DNA from: Ranitomeya imitator
Lineage: Eukaryota
Reading direction: 5' to 3'
DNA length: 64,000 nucleotides
NCBI RefSeq assembly: GCF_032444005.1
Contig: NC_091286.1
Span: 82,212,001-82,276,000 of the forward strand
In this document: positions 1-12,081 of the stretch, in pieces
Position numbering within the stretch: position 1 is the first letter of the stretch
Layout: each line of letters starts with the position of its first letter
Program-made: the position numbers and the translations under genes
Notes under the pieces: model-generated
The model's input: the letters and a program-made list of their open reading frames with translations, nothing else
Databases searched by the model: none
What the model was told of the DNA's origin: nothing

Positions 1-2093
1 CCGACAGCAACCATTCGCCCATCTCGGCGGTCCACATACCAGGTGTGGAGAATTGGGCGGCGGACTTCCTCAGTCGCCAGGGGCTCGCCTTGGGCGAGTA
101 GTCCCTCCACCCAGAAGTTATTCAGCAGACTTGTCATCTCTGGGGGACCCCGGATGTGGACCTCATGGCCTCCAGGCTAAACAACAAGGTTCCCCAGTTC
201 ATTGCCCGATCCCTCGATCCACGTGCCATCGGAGCAGATGCCCTGGTCCTGCCGTGGCATCAGTTCCGCCTCCCGTACATTTTTCCCCCTCTTCCCCTGC
301 TACCGAGGGTCATCAAGAACAGGGGTCCCCAACTCCAGTCCTCAAGGCCCACCAACATGTCATGTTTTCAGGATTTCCTTAGTCTTGCCCAGGTAATAAT
401 TGCATCACCTGTGCAATGCAAAGGAAATCCTGAAAACATGACCTGTTGGTGGGCCTTGAGGACTGGAGTTGGGGACCCCTGATCAAGAAGATCAGGGCAG
501 AAGGGGTACCGGTGATCCTAGTTGCGCCAGACTGGCCGCAGCGGGCATGGTACGCGGAACTGGTTCAGCTGGTCGCAGATGTCCCCTGGCGGCTTCCAGA
601 TCGCATGGATCTTCTCTCACAGGGCCCGATTTGCCACCAGAGCTTTGGGGCCCTGTTTTTGACGGTGTGGCCGTTGAATCCTGGATTCTAGCCCAAGCTC
701 AATTCTCCCCTGAGGTATCCTCCATCATGATTAGTGCTAGGAAGCCCGTGTCCATGCACCTTTATCACCATATCTGGCGAATCTTCTTCACATGGTCCTA
801 TTCCCATGGACGATCTCCTCTGGTATTCTCCATCCCTTCCATATTGGAATTTCTGCAATCAGGCCTAGAGTCGGGTCTCGCACTTGGCTCTCTCAAGGGA
901 CAGGTGTCGGCATTCAGTCCTGTTCCAACGTTAAATTGCCACCAGATTACCGGTTAAGACGTTCATTCAGGGAGTTTCCCATGTGGCGCCTCCCTATAAA
1001 ATGCCTTTGGATCCATGGGATCTTAATTTGGTCCTTGGAGCTCTTCAGGAGGCCCCTTTCGAACCACTGCAGGACGTCTCTCTGACCTTCATTTCCTGGA
1101 AGGTGGTTTTTCTAGTGGCTATTACGTCAATCAGGCGTGTCTCGGAGTTGGCGGCTTTTTCCTGCTGACCCCCGTTTCTGATTTTTCACCCAGATAAGGT
1201 AGTCTTGAGGACCTCTCCTTCCTTTCTACCCAAAGTCGTTTCCTCCTTCCACCTCAGAGGAGATTATTCTGCCTTCATTCTGTCCTGCACCAGTCAATCA
1301 CATTGAGAAAACTCTGCACACTCTCGATGTGGTTAGGGCCCTTCGACGGTATGTCTCACAGACGGCTCCCTTCCGCAGGTCAGATGTCCTATTCGTTCCT
1401 CCAGAGGGGCAAAGGAAGGGCTTGCCGGCTTCCAAGGCTACTCTAGGCAAATGGATTTGATCAAACATTCAGGAATCCTATAGTGTCAGGGGTGCTCCTA
1501 TCCCAGCAGGGATTAAGGCCCATTCTACTCGGTCGGTGGGCGCCTCTTGGGCCATTCGGCACCAGGCATCAGCACAACAGGTCTGCAAAGCTGCAACTTG
1601 GTCCAGATCCAGATTGCATACTTCAACAAAACACTACCACATTCATTCTCTATCCTCTGCAGACGCTGCCCTTGGCAGGCGCATACTGCGGTCGGCAGTA
1701 CCTTAGTTGTAAGTCTATGGTACATTGGGTATTAGCAGCTATGTTGCTCCCCACTCAGGGACTGCTTTAAAATGTCCCGTGGGCCGGTGTCCCCCAATGA
1801 GGCGTAGGAGAGAAATAGGGATTTTTGTGTACTCACCATAAAATCCTTTTCTCCGAGCTAATCATTGGGGGACACAGCACCCACCCTAACTCTTTTTTGT
1901 TTTTGACATAGTTTTATTGTCTCTTGTTTAATACTCCTACTGCTTTACTACCGAACTGGTTGTATATTGACCAGTGAGAGGGTGTACACTGCAGGGGAGG
2001 AGTTAATGTTTCTGTGTTAACTTGGTGTCATCCTGTGTCCCCCAATGATTGGAGAAAAGGATTTTACAGTGAGTACACAAAAATCCCTATTTT
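1..2093 (+). mobile_element. DIRS1-type retrotransposon, subfamily B, 3' part (RNase H/MT end, degraded tyrosine recombinase, ICR, right ITR)
   Basis: PYIFPP MT motif; YR fragments (WDLNLVL, KVVFLVAITSIRRVSELAA, AHSTRSVGASWA); ICR and right end match those of the element at 45418-51365; frameshifts present. Confidence 0.93.
320..481. mobile_element. hAT-type MITE inserted in DIRS-B
   Basis: Near-perfect 162-bp hairpin with CAGGGG...CCCCTG ends and a perfect 8-bp TSD ATCAAGAA (312-319, 482-489). Confidence 0.9.
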
Positions 2094-2400
2094 TCTGTTG
2101 AGCTTGTATGTGCTGCGTTGAACCTGGCCAGGATCGCTGGAGCGCACTGTTACCTACTTTATAACCCGCCTGCTTCAGCACAGTGCTTGCAAGCTAGACT
2201 GTGGCGGTGGTCGGTCTCCAGGGCAACAAGCTCTAAATAAAAGAAAAGTCACCGTAATATCTCAAAACCGGCTTTTAATAAGCAGTAGATTGCAAAAGAG
2301 CTTATTTTTTTACAACCACTATTCGAAAATGTCCATCTATGAAGATGTGAATAACCCTCTTAGAGGGCCGTCATGATGTAAACAACTTAGCTTGGCTTAA

Positions 2401-2915
2401 AGGGGTTTTCTGGGCCTCAGGGTTCATTTAGAGAGGCCGAGGGCCGATCAGCTATATACAAGTCGCAATGCTCTCATTTACTAGCCTTTTTACAAAGGCT
2501 GAGAATTACTGATGGGAACAGAACGATTGCTAATATGATCATTCTGCCCACATGCAGTATCATTTTATCAGCAGCACATGTTTACGTAGGGCAATGTGCT
2601 GCTAATAAGTAATCAAGCCTTTTAGTTGGGTGATAGCTGACACGTTTATATGGATCAATGATCTAGAATGAATGTTCTTACGGTTTCTCGTTCACGGATT
2701 CTCAGCCAATCGCCGCTCTGTACTTATTATTGGCTGTTTGTGGCATTGCAGCGGAGATTAGCTATAGTGAACTTTAATACCAAGCTCAGCCACGACTAAA
2801 TGTGCAGAGCTGCCTTGTAAACTATGAAGACAGTGCTGCACTTCAGTAAGCTGATCGCATGTTATTGATCTATCCTTAGGTTATGCAATACTTCTTGTTG
2901 CTCTGGACAGCCCCT
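2401..2915. mobile_element. T2/Kolobok-type MITE
   Basis: TTAA|AGGGG...CCCCT|TTAA. Confidence 0.7.
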
Positions 2916-2990
2916 TTAACAAGTACCAAATACCCTACCATGTGCTTTGTCAATATGTATTCCATCTTTTATACTTCTTTATTTATCCAG

Positions 2991-3057
2991 AACCTTGTTG
3001 GTGTATGCACCTGCGGAACAGCCAACACTTGGAAGACCTAGAGAGGCAATGTCAGAA
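2991..3057 (+). CDS. PSME4: PSME4/PA200 coding exon (first in window)
   Basis: ccag|A acceptor and GAA|gtaagt donor. Encodes TLLVYAPAEQPTLGRPREAMSE, resembling the PA200 segment that precedes AEQI. Phase 0 end fits the next exon. Confidence 0.85.
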
Positions 3058-3113
3058 GTAAGTAATATGTAATAAAGCACTAGAGTTCTTGAGTGTGTGC
3101 AACAATAGGTTTA

Positions 3114-3510
3114 GGCTATGTGCACACGCTGCAGACTGGTGTGCGGACTTTTCCGCACTGATTTTGATAAATCCGCAGGGCAAAAACACTGCGTTTTTCC
3201 TGCGGATTTATCGTGGATTTTCTGCGGATTTTCCGCGTTTTCTTGTGCGGATTCTACTGCGGTTTTACACCTGCGGTTTTTTTAATATGGAGCAGGTGTT
3301 AAACCGCTGCGGATTACACACAAAGAATTGACATGCTGCGGAAGATAAACCACAGCGTTTCCGTGTGTTTTTTTCCGCAGCATGTGCACAGCGGTTTTTG
3401 TTTTCCATAGGTTAACATGGTACTGTACACCGCATGGAAAACTGCTGCGGATCCGCAGTGTCAAAAACGCTGCGGATCCGCAGTAAAAACCGCAACGTGT
3501 GCACATACCC
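3114..3510. mobile_element. PIF/Harbinger-type MITE
   Basis: TTA|GGCTATGTGCACACG...CGTGTGCACATACCC|TTA, giving a 3-bp TSD. Confidence 0.85.
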
Positions 3511-3689
3511 TTATGGTTTTACGTGTTGCCCTGAACGCGGCACTTTATCGGCAATATCATGGTTACATGCTATCTTCAGATATTGGTTCATTTAATTTCA
3601 ATATAGTAAGGAGGTGTAAGTTACTACATCCATTTACGGTACTTCCTCCCTGGCCAAAGAGGCAGATACATAGATCAATAACAAGATAC

Positions 3690-4431
3690 AACTAGATGGG
3701 TATTTCCTGAAGGAACTACAGATAGTGCTTTGGAATGGTGCCCGGGCTGCCCCTGCAAGACTTTCACACTTGGGTGCCCCTCAGGCGCCGGTTTGGTGGT
3801 CGGGGCCCCTCAGGCGCCGGTTTGGTGGTCGGGGCCCCTCGGCCTCCGATTTGGAGGTCGGGGCCCCTCGGCCTCCGATTTGGAGGTCGGGGCCCCTCGG
3901 CCTCCGATTTGGAGGTCGGGGCCCCTCGGCCTCCGATTTGGAGGTCGGGGCCCCTCGGCCTCCGATTTGGAGGTCGGGGCCCCTCGGCCTCCGATTTGGA
4001 GGTCGGGGTCACTTTAAGAGCTGATATTATCTGGCAAAACTGTGTCCTGGTGGGGTCATGTAGAGTTCGTAGGCGTTGGCATAGTAACTGGATCTGACTG
4101 CACATAGCAATGAGCTAATGAGCCAGGTGGCAGTTGGCAGTTATTTTGAAATTGCCTCAGAAATCAGCCATTATACCTTATGACACAATTTCCCCATTGA
4201 AATGCATTGAGACAAAATTTTCAAACGCCAATTGCGCCAAAACTACAAATCCGATCGACACGAAAAATACTTAGCACACCTCCCAGGAACGCTGGCTTCG
4301 AAATGACACCTCATTGGAGTCTGTGAGTGCAGCGGTTCGGGCCGCATTAATTGCGGACTGAATAATAAGAAGAAGAAGTTAACTACGGTGGAATAACAAT
4401 ATAGTGCTTTTTACAAAGCACTATAACTAGA
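3690..4431. mobile_element. Unclassified non-autonomous element with asymmetric inverted repeats and an internal minisatellite (DINE/Helentron-associated-like candidate)
   Basis: AACTAGA direct repeat at both ends; 5' subterminal ATAGTGCTT; 3' hairpin ATAGTGCTT-TTTACA-AAGCACTAT preceded by AATAATAAGAAGAAGAAG. Confidence 0.5.
3773..4009. repeat. 29-bp GC-rich tandem repeat, about 8 copies
   Basis: Unit GGGGCCCCTCGGCCTCCGATTTGGAGGTC; the first two units are variants. Confidence 0.95.
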
Positions 4432-5145
4432 ATGACAAAGAATTAAATGTAAAAAAAAAATAAAAAAAATTCAAAAACAAAGAAAAATCAGAAAGGGCGA
4501 TCTGTGATCCTACACTACAAAATAATCTTTAGGCTATGTGCACACGTTCAGGATTTTTTGCAGAAATTTCCTGAGCAAAAGCAGACATTTTCTGCAAGAA
4601 ATCCGCATGCGTTTTTTCCCACGTTTTTTGCGCATTTTGACGCCAAAAATCCGCAAAATTAATGAACATACTGTGTTTTTTACCGCAATGCGTTTTTTGC
4701 GCTGACACTACTCAGCACCTGTGAGCTCTGTGATTGGCTATTCAGAATTGAACAGACAATCACCACATTTTCAGTGTGAAAATGCCTTATCATGGGCTGT
4801 TTGAAAATTGCCTGAAATTGCCATGTAATTGCCTGAAACACTGATGCCCAGCCTATGAGCTGTAAGAGCACTGATCACAGGCTGGAGCCTAGTGACCCCG
4901 GCATTACCAGGGCCAGCTCTGATTTTTAGACCTCGATATGACCACCCTGTACAACTTTATCCTGCCTTCCGACGGGTGCAGAGCGGTCATACTGTCGTTC
5001 TGTCACGCTTTGCTTTGTGGTGCCACAGACCACAGACTTTTTAAGCTTGTGCCTTCGCTTCTGCTGGTGTTCCTGCGATTCCTGAAAGAAGACATTCCTG
5101 ATACGATCCTGATCCCCAGCTTTTTCCTAACCCACCCCAATCACC

Positions 5146-8100
5146 TTTTTCTCTTTCGCCTTTCATTGGGGGACACAGGAACCATGGGTGTATGCTGCTG
5201 CCACTAGGAGGCTGACACTATGCAAATAAAAAAAGTTAGCTCCTCCTCTGCAGTATACACCCTACCGACAGGAAGTAGGATATTCAGTTTAGCTTAGTGT
5301 CAGTAGGAGGTGGACACGGGTCTTTCATTAGACCCTTATCTACCTCAATGTGCGTCGTTTTTCTTTCAGGTTTTCTGGAGGGATACAGGGTGAACAGTCA
5401 CACCTGTAATCCCACATTATGGACTATGAGTACGGCGTGTACTGCCATCCCGTATCCTCATAGAGCCCTCAGCAGAGCCATGATCCTGGCACACAAGCGT
5501 GCTCAGAAGTCCGGTCCTGGCTCCGTCCCCCACCCACTCGCCCGCCAGAGCCTGTCGGTTGGAGGAGACGAGGACGTCCACCAGCAAGTTCAGGACGTCT
5601 TTTTCGGCATCCGGAATAATGAGGTATATTTCCTTTCCTCAGGTTTTTTTCCGGAAGAAGATATACAGATGAAGAAGGTGAGTATTTAGAAGGTGTCCCA
5701 TCTATCTCCTTCAGGACCTTTAAGTTAGGGATTCCCTTTAGGGAGGTGGGGGGCCTTTTCCTAGGGGAAATGCCAGGTTTTTCAGCAGCTCTTTTGCCCT
5801 GCTCAGGCCTCCTTAACTAACCCCCAACCCCCCCCCCCTCCAGTCTCAATGCGGGCTCCGTCGCTATTTGAGGGGCTACCTTTTTCAGTGGTACAGGCGA
5901 GTTGTTCGCCACCGCCATGGCTTATTCGCCTCCTTCTCCCCTCAATCTGGCGGTCGCCGGCGTCTAACCTAGGAGGTCTACGCCGGCGCGACTGCCGCCG
6001 GTTTTCTAATCTAGGCCCCGGCTTCGGGCCTACTCCGGCGCGACGGCCGCCGGGTTCCAATTTAGGCCCCGGCCTCTTAGACCTACTTCGGCGCGGCGGT
6101 CGCCGGTTTCTAATTTAGGCCCCGGCCTCTCGGGCCTACTCTGGCGCAGTAACTCCGCCCCCCATTTGCTCTCCTTCGGGCGGGCTTTCTCCCGCCCGTA
6201 TCTTCTTCCTGCAGGGCATCTAGCTCCGCCCCCCATAGCAGTGCCCGCAACTGGCGCCATATTGGTTTCCCTGGTGTGTGCGCTTGTCTCCGCCCACTTC
6301 TTCCCAGCCACCGCTCTACAGCCGGCGCCATCTTCCTGCCCCAGGCTTGCGCTGTCGGCTCCATCTCCTCTTCCGTTTTTAATAGCGGGCCTTTTGCTCT
6401 CTCTTTCCTGGTGCAGCATCCAGCCCATCTTATGGTCCCTCAGGCGTCGCCAGGGATCGTCGCATCCAGCGGTGCATCTGTCCGCAGGACCTGCTCCTCT
6501 ACAGCCTGGAAGCTACAGGACATCTGCTGTGAGTATCCCTACACAGCAGACTGACACTTCCCTCTGCCTCCGTCCCCTAACCCTCGGGCGCTATGTCTAA
6601 TTCTAAGGCAGAACTCTCCCGTCCTCCTGCCTTTTCTGCTATTTTGGTCCATCACATTGTATGTTCGCCCTACATTTGCAGATTTCCCTCCCTCTGTCAG
6701 GACTGCGACGGCTCCGCGGTGCCTACCGCCCTGGACACCCCTGCTGTCCGAGAGAGTGAGTCCCCTATCCCAGCGTGCGTCTCCTCTCTGTCCCAATCCC
6801 TGCGATCTCACCCAAGTGTCTCAGACCCTAGTGTCTGCGCCGGATAGGTTGCCATGACATCACATCTTCTGCTGTGGCTAGCGGATCACAGGAGGCTCTG
6901 TCCGAGTCTACTAAGATTGGCCGCAAAGGATCTAGACAGGAACGCGAAGCGTTCTCGGATGCACCTTCGGAAGATGTGTTGAAGCTGGATTCTAACCAAA
7001 TCGCTAGCAGGGATATGGTTCAGAACCTCATTGCTGCAGTTAACCAAGCCTGTAGCATCAAAGATTCCGCTACGGAACCCGCAGATCAGGCGGTTTCGTT
7101 TAGACGGTCCAAACCACCTTCCAAAGTTTCTGAGTTTGAGGAGCTGGTGGCCAGAGAAAGAGAGAATCCGGCCAGACGCTTTCAAAGAGGACAGCGCCTC
7201 GGCGTGTTATATCCTTTTCCCCAGAGCACCGCTAACTGGACAGTTTCTCCTCCGTGGGCCCGCCAGTCTCCAGACTACACAGTCCGGCCCCCCTTTCCTG
7301 GTGCAGCACGTTCGAAGGAATCTAATGGTAGACATTTAGAATCCTTGGCGAGGTCAGCCTTCAAAGCGGCTGCGTCCACTCTTCGCCCGGCCTTTGCCTC
7401 CTCATGGGTTTCAAAGTCTGTGGCCAAATGAGCAAAGCAACTCCGTCAAGGCACTCTGACTGGGCCTAACCAGATCAGCTAGTGGGGCTTGCCAACCGGT
7501 TTTCTCATGTGATCGAGTATTTGGTCTCTGCTTCCCTGGATGCCGCGTCTCGTGCAGCTCAGACATCCAGCAATGTCGTGGCCATCCGCCTGACAGTTTG
7601 GCTTAAGGCCTGGCAAGCGGATCTGTGTTCTATGAAGGCACTTACCACCTTGCCCTTTCAGAGATCACGTCTTTTGGTCCCAGACCTCTTCCTCTACAGC
7701 AGAGGTCGCAAGCGCGCCAGGATAGGAAGAAGTTTTCCTTTAGGTCCACTTCTTCCTGGCTCTCCGGCTATTCCCAAGGAAGATCCACCAGGTCTACACC
7801 TGGAAGATGTACCTCGGCATGATTCTCCCTGGAATCCCGGCGCATCTCCCAAGCTAGGAGGTTGCCTTCCTCTCTTCAAAGACGTTTGGCTTATGGCGAT
7901 GGAGGATGCATGGGTCAGGGAAGCGATTTTCTCAGGATACAAAATTAATTTCGCTTCTCAGCCCTGGGATCGTTTCTTTGAATCTCGCCCTCCAAAGACC
8001 CGACCTTGTTTTCGGGTTTCTTTGCAGCCATCGCCTCTCTCCTCAGCGCGGAGGTAATCGTTCCCGTTTCCAGAAAGAGAAGGATTCACAGGCTTCTACT

Positions 8101-11100
8101 CGAACCAATCCCGGTTCTTAAGTTACTAAATAAAAGGGTCCATCTGCGAACTTCGGAATGGAATCCCTTCGTTCAGTAATCACTTCCATTTCGGCATAGG
8201 AGCTTCTGTACTCCATAGACGTTCTGGACGCCTAATTTCATGTCCCTATATCCCCAGGACATCACAAATTCCTGCACTTTGCAGTACATCAGGAGCATTC
8301 CCAATTGGTCGCCCTGCTTTACGGTCTCGCAACCGCTCCCAGGGTTTTCACAAAGATCGTGGCGGCGCTGATAGGCATCTTGAGAGTCAGGGGAATGGTA
8401 CTTTTCCGTGACTCAACGACATCCTCATCAAGGCTCCGTCCTTTTCTCAGGTTCATGAGAGCCCGTCCATTGTCCTCCACACTCTAGCCCATTTCAGGTG
8501 GCTTGTCAACAGGAAGAAATCCTGTCTTGTTCCCTACCAGCACCTTGTCTTTCTGGGCATGCTCTTCGACACTGGTCAGACCAAAGTCTTCCTCCCCGAA
8601 GATAAGAAATCCATCCCTCGTTGGGACGTACGCTGGCTCCAGGTCCTCTGCTCTCCTTTCGATCGGCCATGAAGGTTCTGGAGAGCATGGCGGCAACATT
8701 GGTAGCGATTTCCTTCGCCCAATTTCACGCTCTACCTCTTCAGCAGGCCATTCCGTCTCACTGGGACAGGTCTGTCTTCTATCTGGATCGTCCGATCCTA
8801 CTCTCTTACCAGGTCAAGCGGTCCCTCATCTGGTGGCTGACATTACCTCTCATCCCCCAGGGCAGGTCTTTCCTTCCAATTCTCTGGCGGGTGGTGATGA
8901 TGGACGCCAGCCTGCTCGGCTGGGGCGCGGTGTTTCGCCACCTGTCTGTTCAGGGTCATTGGTTGGCATAGGAGTCTTCTCTACCGATCAACGTCCTCGA
9001 GTTTCGGGCCATCCTCCCTCCCTTCGTCTCTGGGAAAGGATTCTCAGTGGTCTTCCTATCCGAATCCAGCGGACAATGCCACGGCGGTGGCATATGTCAA
9101 CCTTCTAGGGGGGACTCGGAGCTCCTTGGCCGAGGTATCCAAGATCCTACTCTGGGCAGAGGCAATGGTTCCGGTGATATCCGCGGTGCATATTCCCGGC
9201 GTGGACAATTGTGCCGCCGGCTTCCTCAGCCACGAGGGTCTCGCGGCAGGGGAATGGCCCTGGCATCTGTAGATTTTCCATCAGATTAGTCTTCGATGGG
9301 GGACAGGTACAGGAATGTTCCTCTGTTCATCTCCAGGTCTCGCGACCCCCCTCGCAGGTGGCGTCGGCGCTCTGGCCATTCCTTGGTTGCTGTCCGTGCT
9401 GCCCTATCTATTCCCACTCCTGCCCTTACTTCCCAAGCTGTTGGTAAAGTTCAAAGCGGAAGGGGTGCCGGTTTTCTGTTTGCCCGGACTGGCCCAGGAG
9501 AGCTTGGCTTGCGGAGACCGTCAATCTCCTCGCGGACGCTTCTTGGCGCCTTCCGGACAGGCTCGACCTGCTGTCTCAGGGTACGATTTGCCACCCGAAT
9601 TCTCGGTCTTTCAGTTTAACGGCGTGGCTGTTCAGTCCGCAGTTCTAAGAACGTCCGGCCTTTCGGACCGGGTGATTCACACCATGATCCAGGCTAGGAA
9701 GCCTTTGCCTTCCAGGATTTATTTTCGTACCTGGAAGGCTTATTTCCGTTGGTGCGAGTCCAAGTGCATTTTACATAGGTCCCTTTCCTTGCCTTCCATT
9801 TTGGTTTTCCTTCGGGCAGGTCTGGACTCGAGCCTTGCGTTTAGTTCTCTGAAGGGCCAGGTTTCTGCGCTCTCCATCCTTTTTCAGAAGACTGTATCTT
9901 CTCGGCCACAGGTTAAGACCTCCCTTCAAGGAGTGGCCCATGCTGTCCCTCCGTTCAGGGCCCTGTGGATTCATGGGATATAAATCTGGTACTGGACGTT
10001 CTGAGGGTTTCCCCTTTGAGCCTCTCGCGGAGGTTCCCCTGTCTCTCTTCTATTTTGGAAGGTGGCCTTTCTTGTGGCCATCATCCGCCGCGTTTCCGAG
10101 TTGGCGGCCCTCTCTCGCCGACCTCCTTCCTTGGTCATCCGCCAGGACAAGGTGGTCCTCAGGTCTCTGCCTTCCTTCCTTACTAGGGTGGTTTCCACCT
10201 TCCACCTCAACGAGAGCATCGTTCTACTTTCCCTTTGCCCAGCTCCGACTCATCCTCTGGAGCGATCGTTGACCAAGCTGGACCTCGTTAGGGCAGTGAG
10301 GATCTACCTGGATAGAACGTCCGCTTTCCAGAAGACGGATTCTCTTTTCGTCATTCCTGATGGCACGCGCAGAGGCCTGCCGGTTTCCAAGGCGACTATT
10401 GCTCGCTGGTTCAGAACGGCAATTTGTAGGCCTACCAGGTCAAGTACAGAGTGCCCCCTCTGGGGATAAAGTCTCACCCGACCTGGGCAGTCTGTGACTC
10501 CTGGGTGGTGCACCACAGGGCTTCCGCCCTACGGCTCTGCAAAGCGGCAACCTGGTCTTCCATCCACACGTTCGCCTACACTTTGGCGGTTGCCAGCCAA
10601 GGCAGAAGGATCCTGCAGGCGGCAGTGTTGAGTCTTTTGACCTGATGGAAGGCTGTTTTTTCCCACCCCAGGGACTGCTTTGGGACGTCCCATGGTTCCT
10701 GTGTCCCCCAATGAAAGGCGATAGAGAAAACAGGATTTTTGGTTGCTTACCGTAAAATCTGTTTCTCGGAGCCTTCATTGGGGGACACAGCACCCTCCCA
10801 AGTTGAACAGCTCTGTTTATTGTGTTATACTGTTTACGTTTGAGTTTCTTGGAACACTCTGAGTGTTTGAAACTGTTAAACTGTGAAGCGCTGCGGAATT
10901 TGTTAGCGCGCTATAAATAAAGATTATTTTATATTATTATTATTTATTTTACATGTTGCTTCTCCTACTGCTTTCTCACTAACTGAATATCCTACTTCCT
11001 GTCGGTAGGGTGTATACTGCAGAGGAGGAGCTAACTTTTTTTATTTGCATAGTGTCAGCCTCCTAGTGGCAGCAGCATACACCCATGGTTCCTGTGTCCC

Positions 11101-11155
11101 CCAATGAAGGCTCCGAGAAACAGATTTTACGGTAAGCAACCAAAAATCCTGTTTT
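5146..11155 (+). mobile_element. DIRS1-type retrotransposon, subfamily A, full-length but degenerate
   Basis: Left ITR, frameshifted gag/RT/RH/MT/YR remnants, and an ICR (10690-10790) complementary to both of its own termini; right ITR present; no TSD; T-run junctions. Confidence 0.95.
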
Positions 11156-11309
11156 CCCCATCATCCCCTCCTCACCCCCTTTCTGAGATGAAGGGTTGAT
11201 CAGTACTTGCTTTCTTGATTTTTCCTGTAGCTGCCAAGCTCTGATCAGTGGTGCAAATAACTGATCAATTTCTGTTCTTTCTGTTTTCTACATCTTTTTT
11301 TCATCTTTA

Positions 11310-11485
11310 TCTAGTTTTTTCCCACCTTCCCCGCCCCTCCTCCCCACCTTCCCCGCCCCTCCTCCCCACCTCCCCCGCCCCTCCTCCCCACCTCCCCTCC
11401 TGAACAACCTCCCCCCCCCTCCTCCCCACCTCCCTCCTCCCCACCTCCCCCCCCCCCCCTCCTCCCCCCCCCTCCTCCCCCCGAA
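11310..11485. repeat. C-rich polypyrimidine low-complexity tract
   Basis: Repeats of (CCACCTT)CCCCGCCCCTCCTCC and long C runs. Confidence 0.9.
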
Positions 11486-12081
11486 GGCACCACCTCCATG
11501 GGTGCGTCCTGCAGCCGTCGAGCACAGATCAGTCACACAAATTACTGATCGGTACTTGTGCTCGCTATTTTCCAGGACTCCCCCCAACTAATTTCCCCGC
11601 TCCTTTGCATCACATCTGTACATGCATCCTAAAGCTGCCAAGCACTAGTTGGTGACACAAATCATTGATCGACATCCGGTTGTTTATTTTATTTATTTAT
11701 TTTTTTATTCAATCCTTTTTCCACACACCCCAAAAAAATTTGATTATTTGAAATGAGTAGATTAGGGACAGTAAAAATATACCGTAGTCTACTACAGTAT
11801 TTTTTTATTAATGCATTTAGGGGGAGATAGTACCTTTTTATTCATAGAGAGGATCTAGTATGTACTCACAAGCCAGTTTATATAACCTTCCCCATTCTGC
11901 TGTACAGTCATGGCCAAAAGTTTTGAAAATGACACCAAAATTATATTTTCACATGATCTGCTGCCCTCTGGTTTTTATTAGTGTTTGTCTGATGTTTATA
12001 TCACATACAGAAATATAATTGCAATCATATTATGAGTACCAATAGGTTATATTGACAGTTAGAATGAGTTAATGCAGCAAG

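Noticed and set aside
3773-4009. CRISPR-like array or repetitive protein ORFs (3725-4105)
   Set aside because: The 29-bp units are head to tail with no unique spacers, there are no cas genes, and the context is eukaryotic. The ORFs are by-products of a stop-free GC-rich repeat.
11288-11587. Gly/Glu/Arg-rich ORFs
   Set aside because: Translations of a low-complexity C-rich tract.
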